A DNA stretch of 60,000 nucleotides from the NCBI RefSeq assembly GCF_036321535.1, contig NC_087437.1:44952001-45012000 (forward strand), read 5' to 3'. The notes beneath the pieces are model-generated. The model saw only the letters and a list, made by a program, of their open reading frames with translations, searched no databases and was not told the origin of the DNA. The translations under genes and the position numbers were made by a program. Shown here in pieces: positions 12,580 through 26,138 of the stretch (position 1 is the stretch's first letter; each line of letters begins with the position of its first letter). Origin of the DNA: Camelus dromedarius. Taxonomy: Eukaryota.

Positions 12580-14094
12580 CTTCAATACTATAGAGCTACA
12601 GTAATTAAAACAGCATGGTATTAGTAAAAAAACAGACATATGGATCAATGGAACAGAACAGGGAGCCCAGAAATAAATCCAAACGTTTGATCAATTACTC
12701 TTTGACAAAGGAGGCAAGAACATACAATAGAGTAAAGGCAGTCTCTTCAGCAAATGGTGTTGGGAAAACTGGACAGCTGCATATAAATCAATGAAGTTAA
12801 AACACTCCCTCACACCATACACAGAAATCAACTCAAAATGGCTTAAAGACTTGAACATAAGACAAGACACTATAACCTCTCAAAAGAAAACGTAAGCAAA
12901 ACATTATCTGACATAAATATCAGCAATGTTCTCCTAGGGCGTCTACCCAGGCAATAGAAATAAAAGCAAAAATAAAAAAATGGGACCTCATTAAACTTAG
13001 AAGCTTTTGCCCAGCAAAGGAAACCATAAGCAAAGCAAAAAGACAACCTACAGGAATGGGAGAAAATATTTGCAAAAGATGAGGCTGACAAGGGCTTAAT
13101 TTCCAGAATGTATAAACAGCTCATACAACTTAGTAAGAAAAAAACAAAGAACCTAATCCAAAAATGGGCAGAAGACCTAAAGAGCAATTCTCCAATGAAG
13201 ACATACAAATGGCCAATAAACACATGAAAAAATGCTCAATATCACTAATTATCAGAGAAATGCGAATCAAAAGTACAATGAGATATCACCTCACACCAGT
13301 CAGAATGGCCATCATTTAGAAGTCCACAAATGATAAATGCTGCAGATGCTGTGGAGAAAGGGGAACCCTCCTACACTGTTGGTGGGAATGTAGTTTGCTG
13401 CAGCTGTTAATGGAAAACAGTATGGAGATTCCTCAGAAGATGAAATACAGACTTACCATATGATCCACTAGTCCCACTTCTGGGCGTATATCCAGAAGGA
13501 ACCTTAATTCAAAGAGATACATGCACCCGAATGTTCATAGCAGCACTATATACAATAACCAAGACATGGAAACAACATAAATGTGCACTGACAGATGACT
13601 GGATAAGTAAGTTTTAGTATATTTATACAATGGAAAACTACTCAGCCATAAAAAAGAATAATAATGCCATTTGCAGCAACATGAATGGAACTAGAGATTC
13701 TCATTCTAAGTGAAATAAGCCAGAAAAACAAAGAAAAATACAACATGATATCACATATGTGGAATCTGGAAAAAAAAAAAAAGACAAACGAACTTACTTG
13801 CAAAACAGAAACAGACTCTCATAGAGGTTACGGGGGGAGGAATGGAGGGGGAAGTTATACATTTACAATAAATTGGGAGTTACAGATATTCAGATACTAA
13901 CTGATATATAGATAAAGAACAAGTTCATGCTGTATATCAGTGGGAACTATATTCGATACCTTGTAGTAACTCATGGTGAAAAAGAATATGAAAATGAATA
14001 TATGTATGTTCATGTATGACTGAAGTATTGTGCTGTACACCAGAAACTGACACAATGTTGTAACCTGACTATACTTAAAAAAAAAAAAAAAAAA
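12580..14094 (+). mobile_element. 5'-truncated, relatively young LINE-1 (ORF2 C-terminus + 3' UTR + poly-A)
   Basis: ORF2 motifs tggtgttgggaaaactggacagc and gcagcaacatgaatggaactagag; 3' end ctgactatactt followed by A18 (14077-14094). Confidence 0.95.
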
Positions 14095-14095
14095 T

Positions 14096-14120
14096 ACACA
14101 CACACACACACACACACACA
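14096..14120 (+). repeat. (AC)12 microsatellite in the L1 tail
   Basis: Perfect AC run directly after the poly-A. Confidence 0.95.
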
Positions 14121-14990
14121 AAGAAAAAAGCCAAAAAACAAAGCAGCATGTTTGGGTGGCATACTCCCTACAATATATTAAATGCTCACAAAATATTAGC
14201 AGTTATTATTAACACCATTATTAATTTATGCCATTAAATATATTCCATATCTACTTCTTAGAAACCTGGAGAAATGCACAATGAACAAGAAACTCTCTGC
14301 TTTTGAGTTCTGTCTAAGGAGAGACAAGTATCCATCAAATGGTATATAATGAAACCATTAGCCACATGCCATGGTTGCACTGAAGAGAATCAACAAAGTT
14401 TGCCTTGGCAAAGCATGAACATGAATAGTTGAGCTCCTTTCTGAAATTCATCAAATTTGCGCACTAGTTCATCCAGACTATAAGAAACCTATGCTCGCAT
14501 TAGTACCTGTCAGAGTCAGTAGCTGGATTCCCAAAGCACTGAGGTTCATTTTCACAGGAATAAGTTTCTTTCACACTTAATATAAATATAATGTTAAATA
14601 AATCATGTAATTTTGTACTTAATAACATGCCACTAGAACAGACAAGTTTGGGAACAAACCAAGACCTCTTGGTAAATACAAAACTCACCAGAGGGAATTT
14701 CTAAGTATATATGAATGTTTCCCAATAGGTTTAAGCATGAGAGCAGGGGAAAAAATATATACTCCTAAAAGTCATCCCAGACACATTGCATCTGAATCCC
14801 CTGAGCAGTTTTTAAATTTCTCACGTTATTCTTATACACACTCAATTTGCTAAACACTGCTGCCATATTTTAGAGCACTTGCTAACATTTTTTTCAGAGA
14901 CTGCTTTTTATTTTTTAAAAACAACTCTATTCTGGTCTAATTTCTGTACAGTAAGCTACACATACTTCAGATGTATAATCTGATTAGTTC

Positions 14991-15397
14991 TATAAGGCCA
15001 CCATCACCCTGATGCCAAAACCAAAGATATCCCAAAAAAGAAAAATACAGATCACTATCCCTTATGAATATAGATGCAAAAATCCTCAACAAAATACTAG
15101 CAAATCGACTCCAAAAATGCATTAAAATGATCAAACACCATGATCAAGTGGGATTTATCCCAGGGATGCAAGCATTTTTCAATACCCACAAATCAATCAA
15201 TGTGATACATACACCACATCAACAAATTGAAGAATAAAAAACATGGTCATCTCAGTAGATGCAGAAAAAGCTCCTGATAAAATTCAACATTCACTTATGA
15301 TAAAAACTCAAAGTGGGCACAGATGGAACATACCTCAACGTAATAAAGGCCATATATGACAATGCCGCAGCTATCATACTTAATGGTGAAAAGCTGA
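14991..15397 (+). mobile_element. Isolated LINE-1 ORF2 reverse-transcriptase fragment
   Basis: Encodes …[10 protein letters not shown]…[17 protein letters not shown]…[12 protein letters not shown]…SVDAEKAPDKIQH…GEKL. No 3' UTR or poly-A. Abuts an old minus-strand L1M 3' end at ~14905-14990. Confidence 0.9.
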
Positions 15398-15499
15398 CAT
15401 TTAATAAAAGGGAAAAAACTGCAATGCAGTAGGGCAGCAATCTAGATGGTAATTCCAAGACAACCCTATTGAAATAGAGTTTTCCTTCCCATCATTAGT

Positions 15500-15990
15500 G
15501 TAGTAGATGTTTATTGGGTTGCTGTTTTAAAATTTTTTTAAAAATCTGCCTGATATCAAAATTTCTTTCCCCTATGAAGGGAAGTCCCTGTGAGCCTGGT
15601 GGAAAGCTGGGCTTACCTCCCCACAGAAGGTGAGAATCTAGGCATTTTGTTCCTAAGTTGAGGTACAAGCACATGACCTCAGTTCAGTCAACTGGATGAG
15701 CTCTCCCAGGATGTTATGTCTGAAAGAAGTGAGGCAAAGATGTAGAGGCAGTTCAAGATTATTCATGCTAGTTGTGGATCAAGATTCTGGCAATGGTGGC
15801 ACAAAGGTGAAGAGAGAGCAACGCTGCCACGCTGGAGAAGTATTTTTGATGAAGTGGTGGCGGTGGGAGTGTCGGAAACATCAATGCCCTAAACATGTTT
15901 CTATAGCAAAATCTTGGTGGTATTCTTGTGATACTCGGCTTCCCTTGGTTACTGCCTTGTTCTCAGTGTTTTTCATCGCTACTGTAAACT
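15500..15990 (+). mobile_element. Old ERVL-type LTR remnant (LTR33/LTR16-like)
   Basis: gcacatgacctcagttcagtcaactggatgagctctcccagg motif typical of these LTRs; highly diverged. Confidence 0.4.
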
Positions 15991-16894
15991 ATTACATGTA
16001 TATGTATATGTAGTATTTACATATGTACACACATTCAATAAGTATGCTTTTTTCTTAAATAGGTAATTTTTGACCTGTACAACCAAATGTGTATCTTCTT
16101 TGAGTCGAGTATCTGCAGAACCACTTCAACCCTCTGACACCCATGGCTGAGAGTACAGATGAATACATCTTCTTTTAGGGTTCCCAGAGCAAAGAACTAA
16201 CATTTCTACTATTTACTCACAATCTAGGTGGATTTTTTATGATCAGCTTCAACATAATAGAAATTTGCCTATCTGGTACTTGTAGTTTGAAAATTTTTAA
16301 GTATTTCAAAATCAGATTATTTTAATTTTTAAAATTTTCACAGTAAATTATATAGTGATCCATTTGTTTACTGGCATAAACCATTATGGTAGCGAAAATA
16401 CTTACAGATAGTAATGCACCAGTAAACTGTGAGCAAATTTACTTGGCTAAAGAAAGGATTCTTTATTGTCACACTTTCAAAATGGATGTTTAGTAACAAG
16501 TTTAACAATTCTGTAAAATGTGAAAGGTTATCTTTCTACTGTTTGTGAGTAATTTTACCGTAAGGCATTCCTTCATTAAATACCTTCAACCTTTGTGATT
16601 CAACATTCATGGTTTGAATAGATCAATCAATCAACTTAATACTTATGTATTTCTTCTGGCTAAAATTAAGCAAACATTTTAACGTTCTGTTGATTTTGAA
16701 GTTTGCAGATTATCTTGAATAATATACTTGCTATTCAAGAGAAACCATTCATTTATTACCTTAAGGCAGCCATTTTCAAATGTCAACTTAATGAATTATC
16801 TAAATTATTTTGATCAGATAAGCTCATTATAGTTATTAAGAAATATATAGATCTGTTTTTAATAACTACATAGTCAATAAAATTGTCTACATGG

Positions 16895-17350
16895 ATACAT
16901 TTGATTGAGTGTTGCCAAAAACTACTCAAGTTGGCTTACAGAGTAAAATAGTAGACTCACATAATTGAAAGTCAAGAGGAAGAATGGATTCTAGGTTGGT
17001 TTGATTTAGCATTTCTATCATATCACCAAGGAGTAAGTTTCTCTCTGTCTCTCAGCTCTGCCTTACATGGTATCATTTCAAGGTAGAAACAAAACGTAGG
17101 ATTTACAGATTTCATATCCATACTGTATATATTCCAAAGGGGAGAAAGGGTTAGCTTTTGGTTGTTCTCTCAGAAATGCAAGATACTACTGCTCTTAGAA
17201 GCCTCCAAAAAAAAATATTCCTTCAAATTTTATTGCCAAGATCTGGTCATATGCCCATTACTAAAATAATATATTTGATTAAAGAATTACCTTATGCTGA
17301 CTTAATTAGGACTATTATCTGAATCAGTATTATGACAACTGAAATCAGAT
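16895..17350 (-). mobile_element. Old MaLR (MLT1-type) LTR remnant
   Basis: aactactcaagttggctta…ctcacataattgaaagtc…ggtcatatgcccattact motifs. Confidence 0.5.
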
Positions 17351-17553
17351 GAATCAAGTTATATACATAGCATTAGGACAGACTCCTGGAGCTTTTTCTC
17401 CAAACTGTAAGGCATATGCTGAATGTCACATAGAATATTTATAGACTTTGTATTTATTACATGCCCATAAAGAGTACACAGTGTGATAAATGTTATAGAA
17501 CATGAAGGGTATGATGTAGTTAGGAAGACAAGAAACACAAAACCACTGAAAGC

Positions 17554-18014
17554 TGTCAACTGAACGAGAAAATGCACAACGTAAAATTTGTGAGTTAAGT
17601 TTTATCAAGGGACCTTACTGAGGACTATAACTCAGGAGACCGCCTCTCAGATAGCTCTGAGGCATGTGTTCCAGAGCGATAAGGGAGGAGCCACTATATA
17701 TATGAGGTCCCCCCCCTCCTTGGGAAAAAAGGTGGTTGAACATCAAAAGATTTTGCTAATCACAAAGAACAGACATCTCAAGTTAATGGTTTTAGTGCAT
17801 GTATGCGTATGGGAAGATGCAAGAATCTGGGTACACTGAAATTATTCTTTAGATATGCATCTTAACTATCTAGGGACAGTATCTAAAGCACAGAATGCTT
17901 TGTGTTTTTCTCCATTCTGAATTCCCCTCAAGGTGCATTGTCAGTGGGCAACTGCAGTGATTGATGGCTTGACCCTTGTGGAAGTAGAATGGCAGGCAAC
18001 ATTCTTTGTTTACA
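17554..18014 (-). mobile_element. ERV1-class solo LTR
   Basis: TG…CA ends (tgtcaactga…ctttgtttaca); cttactgaggactata…ctctcagatagctctgagg and gggaagatgcaagaatctggg motifs of laurasiatherian ERV1 LTRs. TSD not clear. Confidence 0.75.
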
Positions 18015-19479
18015 TAACAAAACAGTATTTTCTAACTATGTGTCTATACATATCTATACATATATACATATACACAGAATAAAGTGAAAATTATTGTAAA
18101 ATATAAAATTAAATAATTTCATACCATATAATATTCTAAGTGCTTTATATGGAAAATAAGTTAATAATTTAAATTATTGATTATATGCTTGGCTTTCAAC
18201 ATAGACCGTAAACTTCTCTTTGCTATCCCTGAGCACCTAACACAGTGACCTCCTCATATTAGAAGTTTAATAAGGACTGTTGAGCAAAGTGAGGCAGGAA
18301 GATCAATATTGGCTCACTCACTCACCTTGTTTAAATAGACAGAGCCTACGTTATAAATTTTGCCTTTAGAGTGAGCTTTCTAAAGCAAATAGTTCACACC
18401 TTTTTCATTACTGGAATAAAAAATGAATTACTCATTTTGTTTGGTTTTGTGGCCTCAGCATTATTGTTCACTAAAGGTAATGAAGGTAAGGAAAGAGTAA
18501 TGGAGAAAACACAGGTGCAAATATTTGGAGGTCTGGATTGAAGGAAATGCATCCTATGTTAATTGACAAGTGCCGGTAGGGTATTCAGATGAAATTGTCC
18601 TTGGAGGGTGACAGGCCCTAACTGCTGAAATACTAAGAGAAATGAGCTCCAAGTAAGAAAGAAAAGTTATACAAATATTGAAATGTAGGTCATCCATATA
18701 TTCAGAGGTACAATGGAAAGAAAACTGCAAGGATGAAACTGAAATAAGAACAAAACAAAAAAAACCAATTGAACGAGTATGAAAAAATCATGGTTAACTG
18801 TATCACCATCTCCAAATTTTAGAAGATGCTAAGGATTGTTTTAATCTTGTCTGATTTCTGTCTCCCATTTTGATTCAATGGAATCGTTTTGAGTGCAGAA
18901 ATCTAATTTTTCTTTGCTGATAGACCATCACAAACTGTGTCGCTCAGAGATCACCTTCCTTAAATATTCTTAAAAAAAAAATCATCTTTCTCAGGAAACT
19001 TCTCGAGAAACAATGTAGTTAGATGGACAGAGAAGTCTAGAATAGAATTGTTTACTCTCTCTACTCGTCTTTGTTCTATTTTAAATGTAATTGTACTGGA
19101 AACAGAATCATTTTTTCCATTTCTTGGGCCATAACTCAGTAAGACGATCTATATTTAAAAGAAACAAACAAACCATATGCTGGATTGGTTAACTAACATT
19201 TTTTGTTCAGTGGAAAAATCCCACTTGGCAGTCCATACAGATTTTAAAGCTCCTAATGTATCAACACAGATATCTTCACTTTGTAATTAAATTACTTACG
19301 AGGACTGTTGGGCACAGTTTTCCACAAGTGTCTTCTGAATTCAGCCAGTCATTTAAAGAACTGTCAAATGCACATCATACATTGTGCTCTGTCAGTGGTA
19401 CTCACAGGAAATAAGAGACGTGATGCCTATAGCAACATGAGCCCTTCCTTTCCAACGGGGAAGAAAAACACTACCGAGT

Positions 19480-19977
19480 TACGTCTGTTATCCACTGCTC
19501 CAAAGTCACTCAAAATTTAGTGGCTTAAAATAACTACTCAACATGGCCATTAGGCAGGCCTGAGCTAGACACTTCTTCTGGCCTGGGCCAGGCTGGGATC
19601 TGTCATCTCCTGACTGTGTTTGTCTGCAGCCAGTGCGTCTGCTGCCTGCTTGGCTTGGGACTAGCTAATACAGGAAGGCCTCAGCAGAACAGCTCCCCTC
19701 TGCTCTGTGTGTTCTCTTTTCCCGGAAGGCTAACCCAGGATTTTCACATGGGGGCTTGGCAGGGTTCCAGAGGAAGACATGAAACACGCCAGAAACTCTG
19801 AGGCATGAGCTCACCATATATATCACATTCATTAAGGCCAAACCCGATTCAGCACATAGGGGAATGTGTGTTCCATCCCACCTCTTGATTGGAAGAATTG
19901 CCAAATTCTATTTTGAGGTAGCCTGCAGACAGGGAGGAGAGTAATTGTCACCATTTTTGCAAACAATCTATCATACA
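19480..19977 (-). mobile_element. MLT1-type MaLR LTR
   Basis: caaaatttagtggcttaaaataac … ccacctcttgattggaagaattgccaa … ccatttttgcaaacaatctatcataca. Confidence 0.7.
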
Positions 19978-22900
19978 TCTTTCTGCCTTAGGTGTCTGCA
20001 GAGTGAGTTGATGGCTTGACAACAACAATAATGGTCTTAAGTCTTATTCTGCTTTTGCTAGTTTAGACCACATTCAAATTTAGCTGAGTGGACATCTGTA
20101 CTATAGAGTACAGCCATGTATTTTGTGAATTCTCATGGACATAATATCAAAGTCAAATAATCTTTTCTAATGTTGATTAAAATACAATAATCCACCGTTA
20201 ACTATCCCTATAGTACAGTTAGTATAATCACGAAAAAGAGTTAGCAACAACTGTAAGGAACTGAGCTGACCTTTTCTCTCGATGTTCAGGATGTATACCC
20301 AGTCAGTTTTCAAAGGCATGACTTATGATTTAGTGTGATTTCACTTAGGAATTCCTCAACGTGGGGTATAATGAATATTAATTAAAATTTAGAATGGGTG
20401 GCATCCTTCACCCATTTATGAATCCAAGAAGGAACATTTGAAAGAGAGGCATTGTTTCCATTGTTAATTTGCTAATTCACACACCAGGAAATGACTCATG
20501 AAAACTTTAGATGCCTTTGTTTCAAAATTCATTTTCTTCAGTTTTCCTTCTCTTTAACTGAGTGGAAAAGATTTGTCAGTTGAGTAAAGATGCTTCATCT
20601 CCTTCACTGATGCTGCCGGGAGTTATTAATTAGGTTTCTGAGTTTGGCGCTGTTCTTTCCTGGTCACCGTGATGTGTCATTGAGACAGACCCATTAAAAT
20701 GAGTGATGTGTGTTGTAATTTCATTAGTGTCATCAATAATGTATTACACTTTCCTTTTAGTAGTCTCTTTGTGTTGTGTGTGGGTCACGATGACTGTATG
20801 AATTACATTTATAAGATCCAAATTGTTACAGATGAGAGAAGATAGGCATGAGGGTAGAATTAATGTTATTTTAAACACGGTAACTACTAAAATGATTTCA
20901 ATTAAATAATATTTTAATTAGGTCTGATGTCTCTGCATGCCATACTGAGATACATGTTGTGTGTATGCAAATAGAATGGTAATTTATTGAATTAATAACA
21001 CAGTCTATTCTTTCTGCCAGCAAATTTTTCTGAATCGAACTAAAGCAGGGATATCTAAGAGCAGCAACAGTTCAGAGAGGAGTGTGATTCCTTGTGGTTA
21101 TAAAGAACAGATTCTTGACATGGAATCTCTTCAAGGGTGTTTTCTCACTTTCTTTCCACCCTTTTTTCCTGCCTGACATGTCCCTTTTGACTGCCTATTT
21201 GTCAATTCCTAGTCTGTCCTCATCTGAAAAACACAATTCTGTCACTGAGAAGGTGAGACATATTTGAGTATTCCGATACAGTATATATTGATGACATCTT
21301 TTAACTCCATTTAACTGAGGTTGAATTTTGGTCACATAACATGGGAATACAAAGATCTTTTGGCTTAGAAGCTCCCATCAGAAACACTGATCTAAGTGAA
21401 ATATTTTCAAAGGCGAGAATCATTTGCATATTAAAAATTGGAACAATAGTAGTTTTTTGCTCCCCAGGGATGATCCCAGGGTACTTGGGGTTATTGACTG
21501 AACAGGTAAGGAAGTTCTCAGAACTAATAAGTATATGTAAACAAATGTGATAAAATGTAAAAACCTGGCTGGGTTTTTTGCCTTCCATTCAAATATTAAA
21601 ACTAAAATAATACGATACTTTTTTGGAAAGGGGCTCTACAGAAATTTGTTTTCCGTAAGCAGGAAGCTAAGTGGTTTTTAGTACACCAAAGAGAACTAGT
21701 AAAAGATAAGCTACTTCTGAAAACCGTAGGAGAAATTATCCTCCTCATGAAAATTTAAAGGTATTTTTGTCATCCTCAATTTGCTTTTAAGGTACAGCAA
21801 TCTATCAAGGTAAAAACAAAAAATTCTATTATAACAAAAATCAAGTGACTTAAGTTACATCAGCAACTATCCCAAATGAAGATTTTTCTCTTAAATTATG
21901 ATGAAAGAGTCCCAGTCACTAATCTTCACCCAGAATCTTAAGTATCTATAGTTTTAAGCTGATTTGTATCCAATTTGAGTAGAAATGGATATGAGTGTTT
22001 ATCTTACATAATAGCTTGCCACAGCCTACTACTTGAATCATGTAGCATATGGAAAATGTGTTTAGCTCCTTGTACAATTTCACGAACCAAAAAAGAATCC
22101 ATTTCTATTCACATGGCTTGTTTACAGTCATTATAAAAGTATTACTGTGTTGCTTACTAGTTAGGAAAAGCAAATGTTGGCACACTGCAGACTCCACTGC
22201 ACTGGTCTTTAAGAAATTTACGTATTGCTTTCCAGTTTAAAAAAAAAGACAGTAATTGTGTGTCTTGTGCTTTAGACCTGAACACTCATTTTAGGGTGTA
22301 TTTTTATTCTTCCACATTATCTCTTTTCTAGATTATTTTGTACCAGTTATGGCTGAGGTTTTACATCAGTATATTCGAGATTGTGCTCATGCTTAAATGA
22401 GTTGTCATTGAGGGATTAATCCTGTAACTTTTATGAGCATGTTTTATTAATACCTTATCATTAAATAGAATATTAATAATATTTAACATTTAATAACCAT
22501 AGAATATGTATATGGCAATGTATTTCATGCCAGGGGGGTTTACATAGCCAGAAAAGTCACTATAACAGCTCCCAAAATCATGCTCCCCATAATGTATTAA
22601 TTACACTGGTTACAACTCAAGTCATTTAAAGGGGCAGTTCTGGATAACAATGATTATAATATTTTTGTTTTTCAGCACACTGAGCAGTATGTCCTCAAGG
22701 AATGGAAGTATTTGGTACAGCTTTTGAAGTTATTTTTACACTCTTAAGTTCTAGAAGTATTATTTGCCAAGAAATGATTTATAATTAAATATGAAATTGA
22801 TGAACTAGAGGGAGAGAACTCAAAACTATAAATGTTATGAAAGATGATTAAATATTGTTATACTAATTTTGTTATTCTTAATGATAAAACAGTATAAACT

Positions 22901-23370
22901 GTCCACAAATACTTTAAGTGATTGAATAATTCAAATGTATTTAAAACTGTTTTTATCCTCAAAACACCTTAAATATTAAATCAGTGTTTATCTATCTACC
23001 TATCTATCTTTTCAAATGGTTCACTGTAAATTTAAACATATTTGATAGATATCCTGACACCAAAAACCCACTCCTTTTTTATGGCAATTAGGGACTAGGT
23101 TAACATGAAAGTAACTTTTTTACAGCTTCTGTAGGCAAATACATGTGATTATCTGAGGCAGTTTCACCTTCATTTGGGAAAATTCCATGTTTGTATCAAG
23201 GTTTCTTTGTATTATGGTTTATTTTACCACTCTCCTCCTCCTTTAATGATATAAAATATAAATATTATAATATTTACTGAAACTCTCATTAGGTGTTTTG
23301 CTAATTCTGTTTTGTTTGAGTCATTTTGATACAATAAAAACTTAACTTTTACACATAAAAACACATGTGT

Positions 23371-23907
23371 ACATGGAAGCAACCTAAATGTCCACTGACA
23401 GATTACTAAAGAAGTTGTGGTATATTTGTAGAATGGAATACTACTCAGCTATAAAAAGGAATAAAATAATGCCATTTGCAGCAACATGGATGGACCTAGA
23501 GATTGTCATTCTAAGTGAAGTAAGCCAGAAAGAGAAAGAAAAATACCATATATCACTCACATGTGGAATCTAAAAAAAGGAAGAAAAGGACACTAATGAA
23601 CTCATCTACAAAACAGAAACAGACTCACAGACATCATAAACAATCTTATGGTTACTGGGGAAAGGGGATGGGAAGGAATAAATTTGGGAGTTTGAGACTT
23701 GCAAATGTTAGCCATTATATATAAAAATAGATTTTAAAAAAAGTTTCTTCCGTATAGCACAGGGAATTATATTCAATATCTTATAATAATCTTTAATGAA
23801 AAAGAATATGAAAACAAATATATTTATGTATATGCATGACTGGGGACATTGTGCTGTACACCAGAAATTAATGCATTGTAACTGACTATCCTTGAAGTTA
23901 AAAAAAA
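23371..23907 (+). mobile_element. 5'-truncated LINE-1 3' end with target-site duplication
   Basis: ORF 23388-23573 MEYYSAIKRNKIMPFAATWMDLEIVILSEVSQ. TSD aaaaacacatgt(g/a)tac at 23357-23372 and 23903-23918, at a t/aaaa endonuclease site. Confidence 0.95.
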
Positions 23908-25054
23908 CACATGTATACTTGTATTTATGTGTATTTATATATAATTGCTTATAGGATTGTTTTAACATAGTGCGGTGGCTTCTTCTGAACATCTCTTTAA
24001 CCTTATTAATACTGTGGAGATAGCAGAAGAGAAGTCCCTATTTCAAGGACTGTTCTTGTAAAAGTAGATCCACATTTTTTCTCAGAGTACCGCTCACAGC
24101 CAAAGCACTGCTCGTGACCCACTTGCCACTCCATTTGGAAGATGTTTTTCTCCCTTCTGTAGCCAGGGAATATGTGTTTCTTAATGCACAGGTTATACCT
24201 GCTTTCAAGAATATTTGGAATATAAAGAAGTATCTTCCTTGCACTGCTCTTTTAATTCATTTAATGTCAAGTGTACTCACAGGAACAAAGATCAAGGATA
24301 TTGGATTATTAGATATAGTTCCCATTTCAAATAATACATTGTGAAAAAAAAAATATTGAAGTAATCTCTGAATTCAAGGATCTTCTGTCCCACTGCCACC
24401 CAACAGGTACTATTATCAACTGATAATAGTTGACCCCAAAATCTGCTATTTTTAAGTTAGTTGATGCTTAAAATGCAAAAGAACCTGAATTGAGGTCATT
24501 TATACTGACATTAGAAGGTCTACTAAATTCTTGTCACTGAACAAAGCCTGATAAAAATTTAAGTCAATTAAATAGAGGCATAATGCAAGACCTCCTATGT
24601 TCACAACGCAGAATGAAATCTGCTGAAGAGGCAAGGTATCTCTCACCCCTGACATGTAAAGCAATAATACCGTAGTGTATCTTGAAATATAGGGATCAGG
24701 GTCCCACAACAGAGAAGAAAAGAACTAAGTATCTGCAGAAAGCAGTTGGATATTTAAGGAAAAGGAGTGACTTGCAGGGTTCTGGCATGAGCAATTAGGT
24801 AAATTTCAGTGCCCATTCACCACCACAGAATACAGAGTGGGAAGTTCGGGAGCAGTTGAGGTAGTGGAGCCTTGATAAGATGGGAAATGATGGCCCAGAA
24901 CTCTATATAAAAATGAGGTTGGTGCTAGGGAAACATATAAGTTAATTAAATCTTGTACTGTGGCCCTTGCTCCATTTTCTCAAACTTAACTACCATTGTG
25001 TAACTCACATCTTTGTCACTTTTCATCTGGACTGAGCAGTTCTCTAGGCTTTAT

Positions 25055-25565
25055 ATTACAACCAAAGTAATTATTCCAAAATACAATCTAATAACCTTTC
25101 TTACTTGGTTAAAAACTTTCATTAGTTTCCTATTGCCCGAGAAAAACTGTAACCTCCTTAGCCTGATAGGGAAGACCTTGCATGACATGGTCATGACTTT
25201 TGCTCTCCCAGCTCTTCTCCCAAAGCTTCCGTCTCTGGCCTTGCACTGTGGTCATAGAGAAACACTGGTAATGATGCACGGAGGACACCAAGCTGTTTTA
25301 CAAATCCATACCCTGCCCGTGCTATTCCTCCTGCATAGGGTGCTGTCTCCACTTTCTAGCTTGTCTCCTTTCCAAAACCCCAGTAACTGGCAATTCCCAT
25401 CATCCTTCAAGATAAAGCTGAAATATTCTCCATTATAAACTTTTTTCTGAACTTTGCCAGCAGCAGTCTGTCGTCTGTTATCACTAGACCTTACACGTCT
25501 AATATGACAATTAGACAACTATATTTTAATTATTTACACAGCTGCCTCTCTTATTAGACCATAAC
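25055..25565 (+). mobile_element. L2 LINE fragment
   Basis: ttaaaaactttcattagtttcctattgcc…gaccttgcatgac…catccttcaagataaagctgaaat…ctctcttattagacc. Confidence 0.6.
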
Positions 25566-26138
25566 ATTTCAGCTATTTCAGCTAGTTTGGGTTGGAAATA
25601 AGTCAAACGATGCAATGATCCATAGTGTTCTCCCAAAATGTACCTCCTTCTATCAATCAGTGAATAAAAGGAACCTCTTTAGACATGCCCAAGGCCAAAT
25701 TCCTCTTCCTCGGATATTTGGATACATTTCAAGGTAGCATCTTATTACACACTCTGCACTTCGGAGAAGACATCTAGATGTCAAACATATACAAAGGGAG
25801 AGAACAGTATAATGAATCCACTACCCAATTTCAACAATTATTAATTAATAGTCGGTCTTGTTCTACTTGCACTGTCCATATCTCCACCCTTTTTCCTTCT
25901 AAATATTTTGAAGCAAATATAAGAAATAGCATTTCACTTGCAAATATTACTGTATGTATTTCTAGAAGGACACTTTGAAATCGTACTGATATCATTATCA
26001 TACCCAAAATGTTAACAACTTCTTAGTAAGTCTTTAATTAGTATTCAGTTTTGTACGACATTTCATTTTTTTGTTTGAGAACAGACCTAGTCAAGTCTAT
26101 ACTTTGTGACTGGTTGATATGTTTTGTTTGGTCTAAAG

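Larger units (their letters stand above)
12128..14172 (-). mobile_element. ERV1-class solo LTR split by an L1 insertion (12128-~12583 and ~14138-14172)
   Basis: Termini tataggggag…ctccctaca (inverted ends, TG degraded to TA). 4-bp TSD atat at 12124-12127 and 14173-14176. tttatt (minus-strand PAS) at ~12234. Confidence 0.75.

Noticed and set aside
25013..25438. 141-aa ORF
   Set aside because: TTG start, lies within a decayed L2 fragment.
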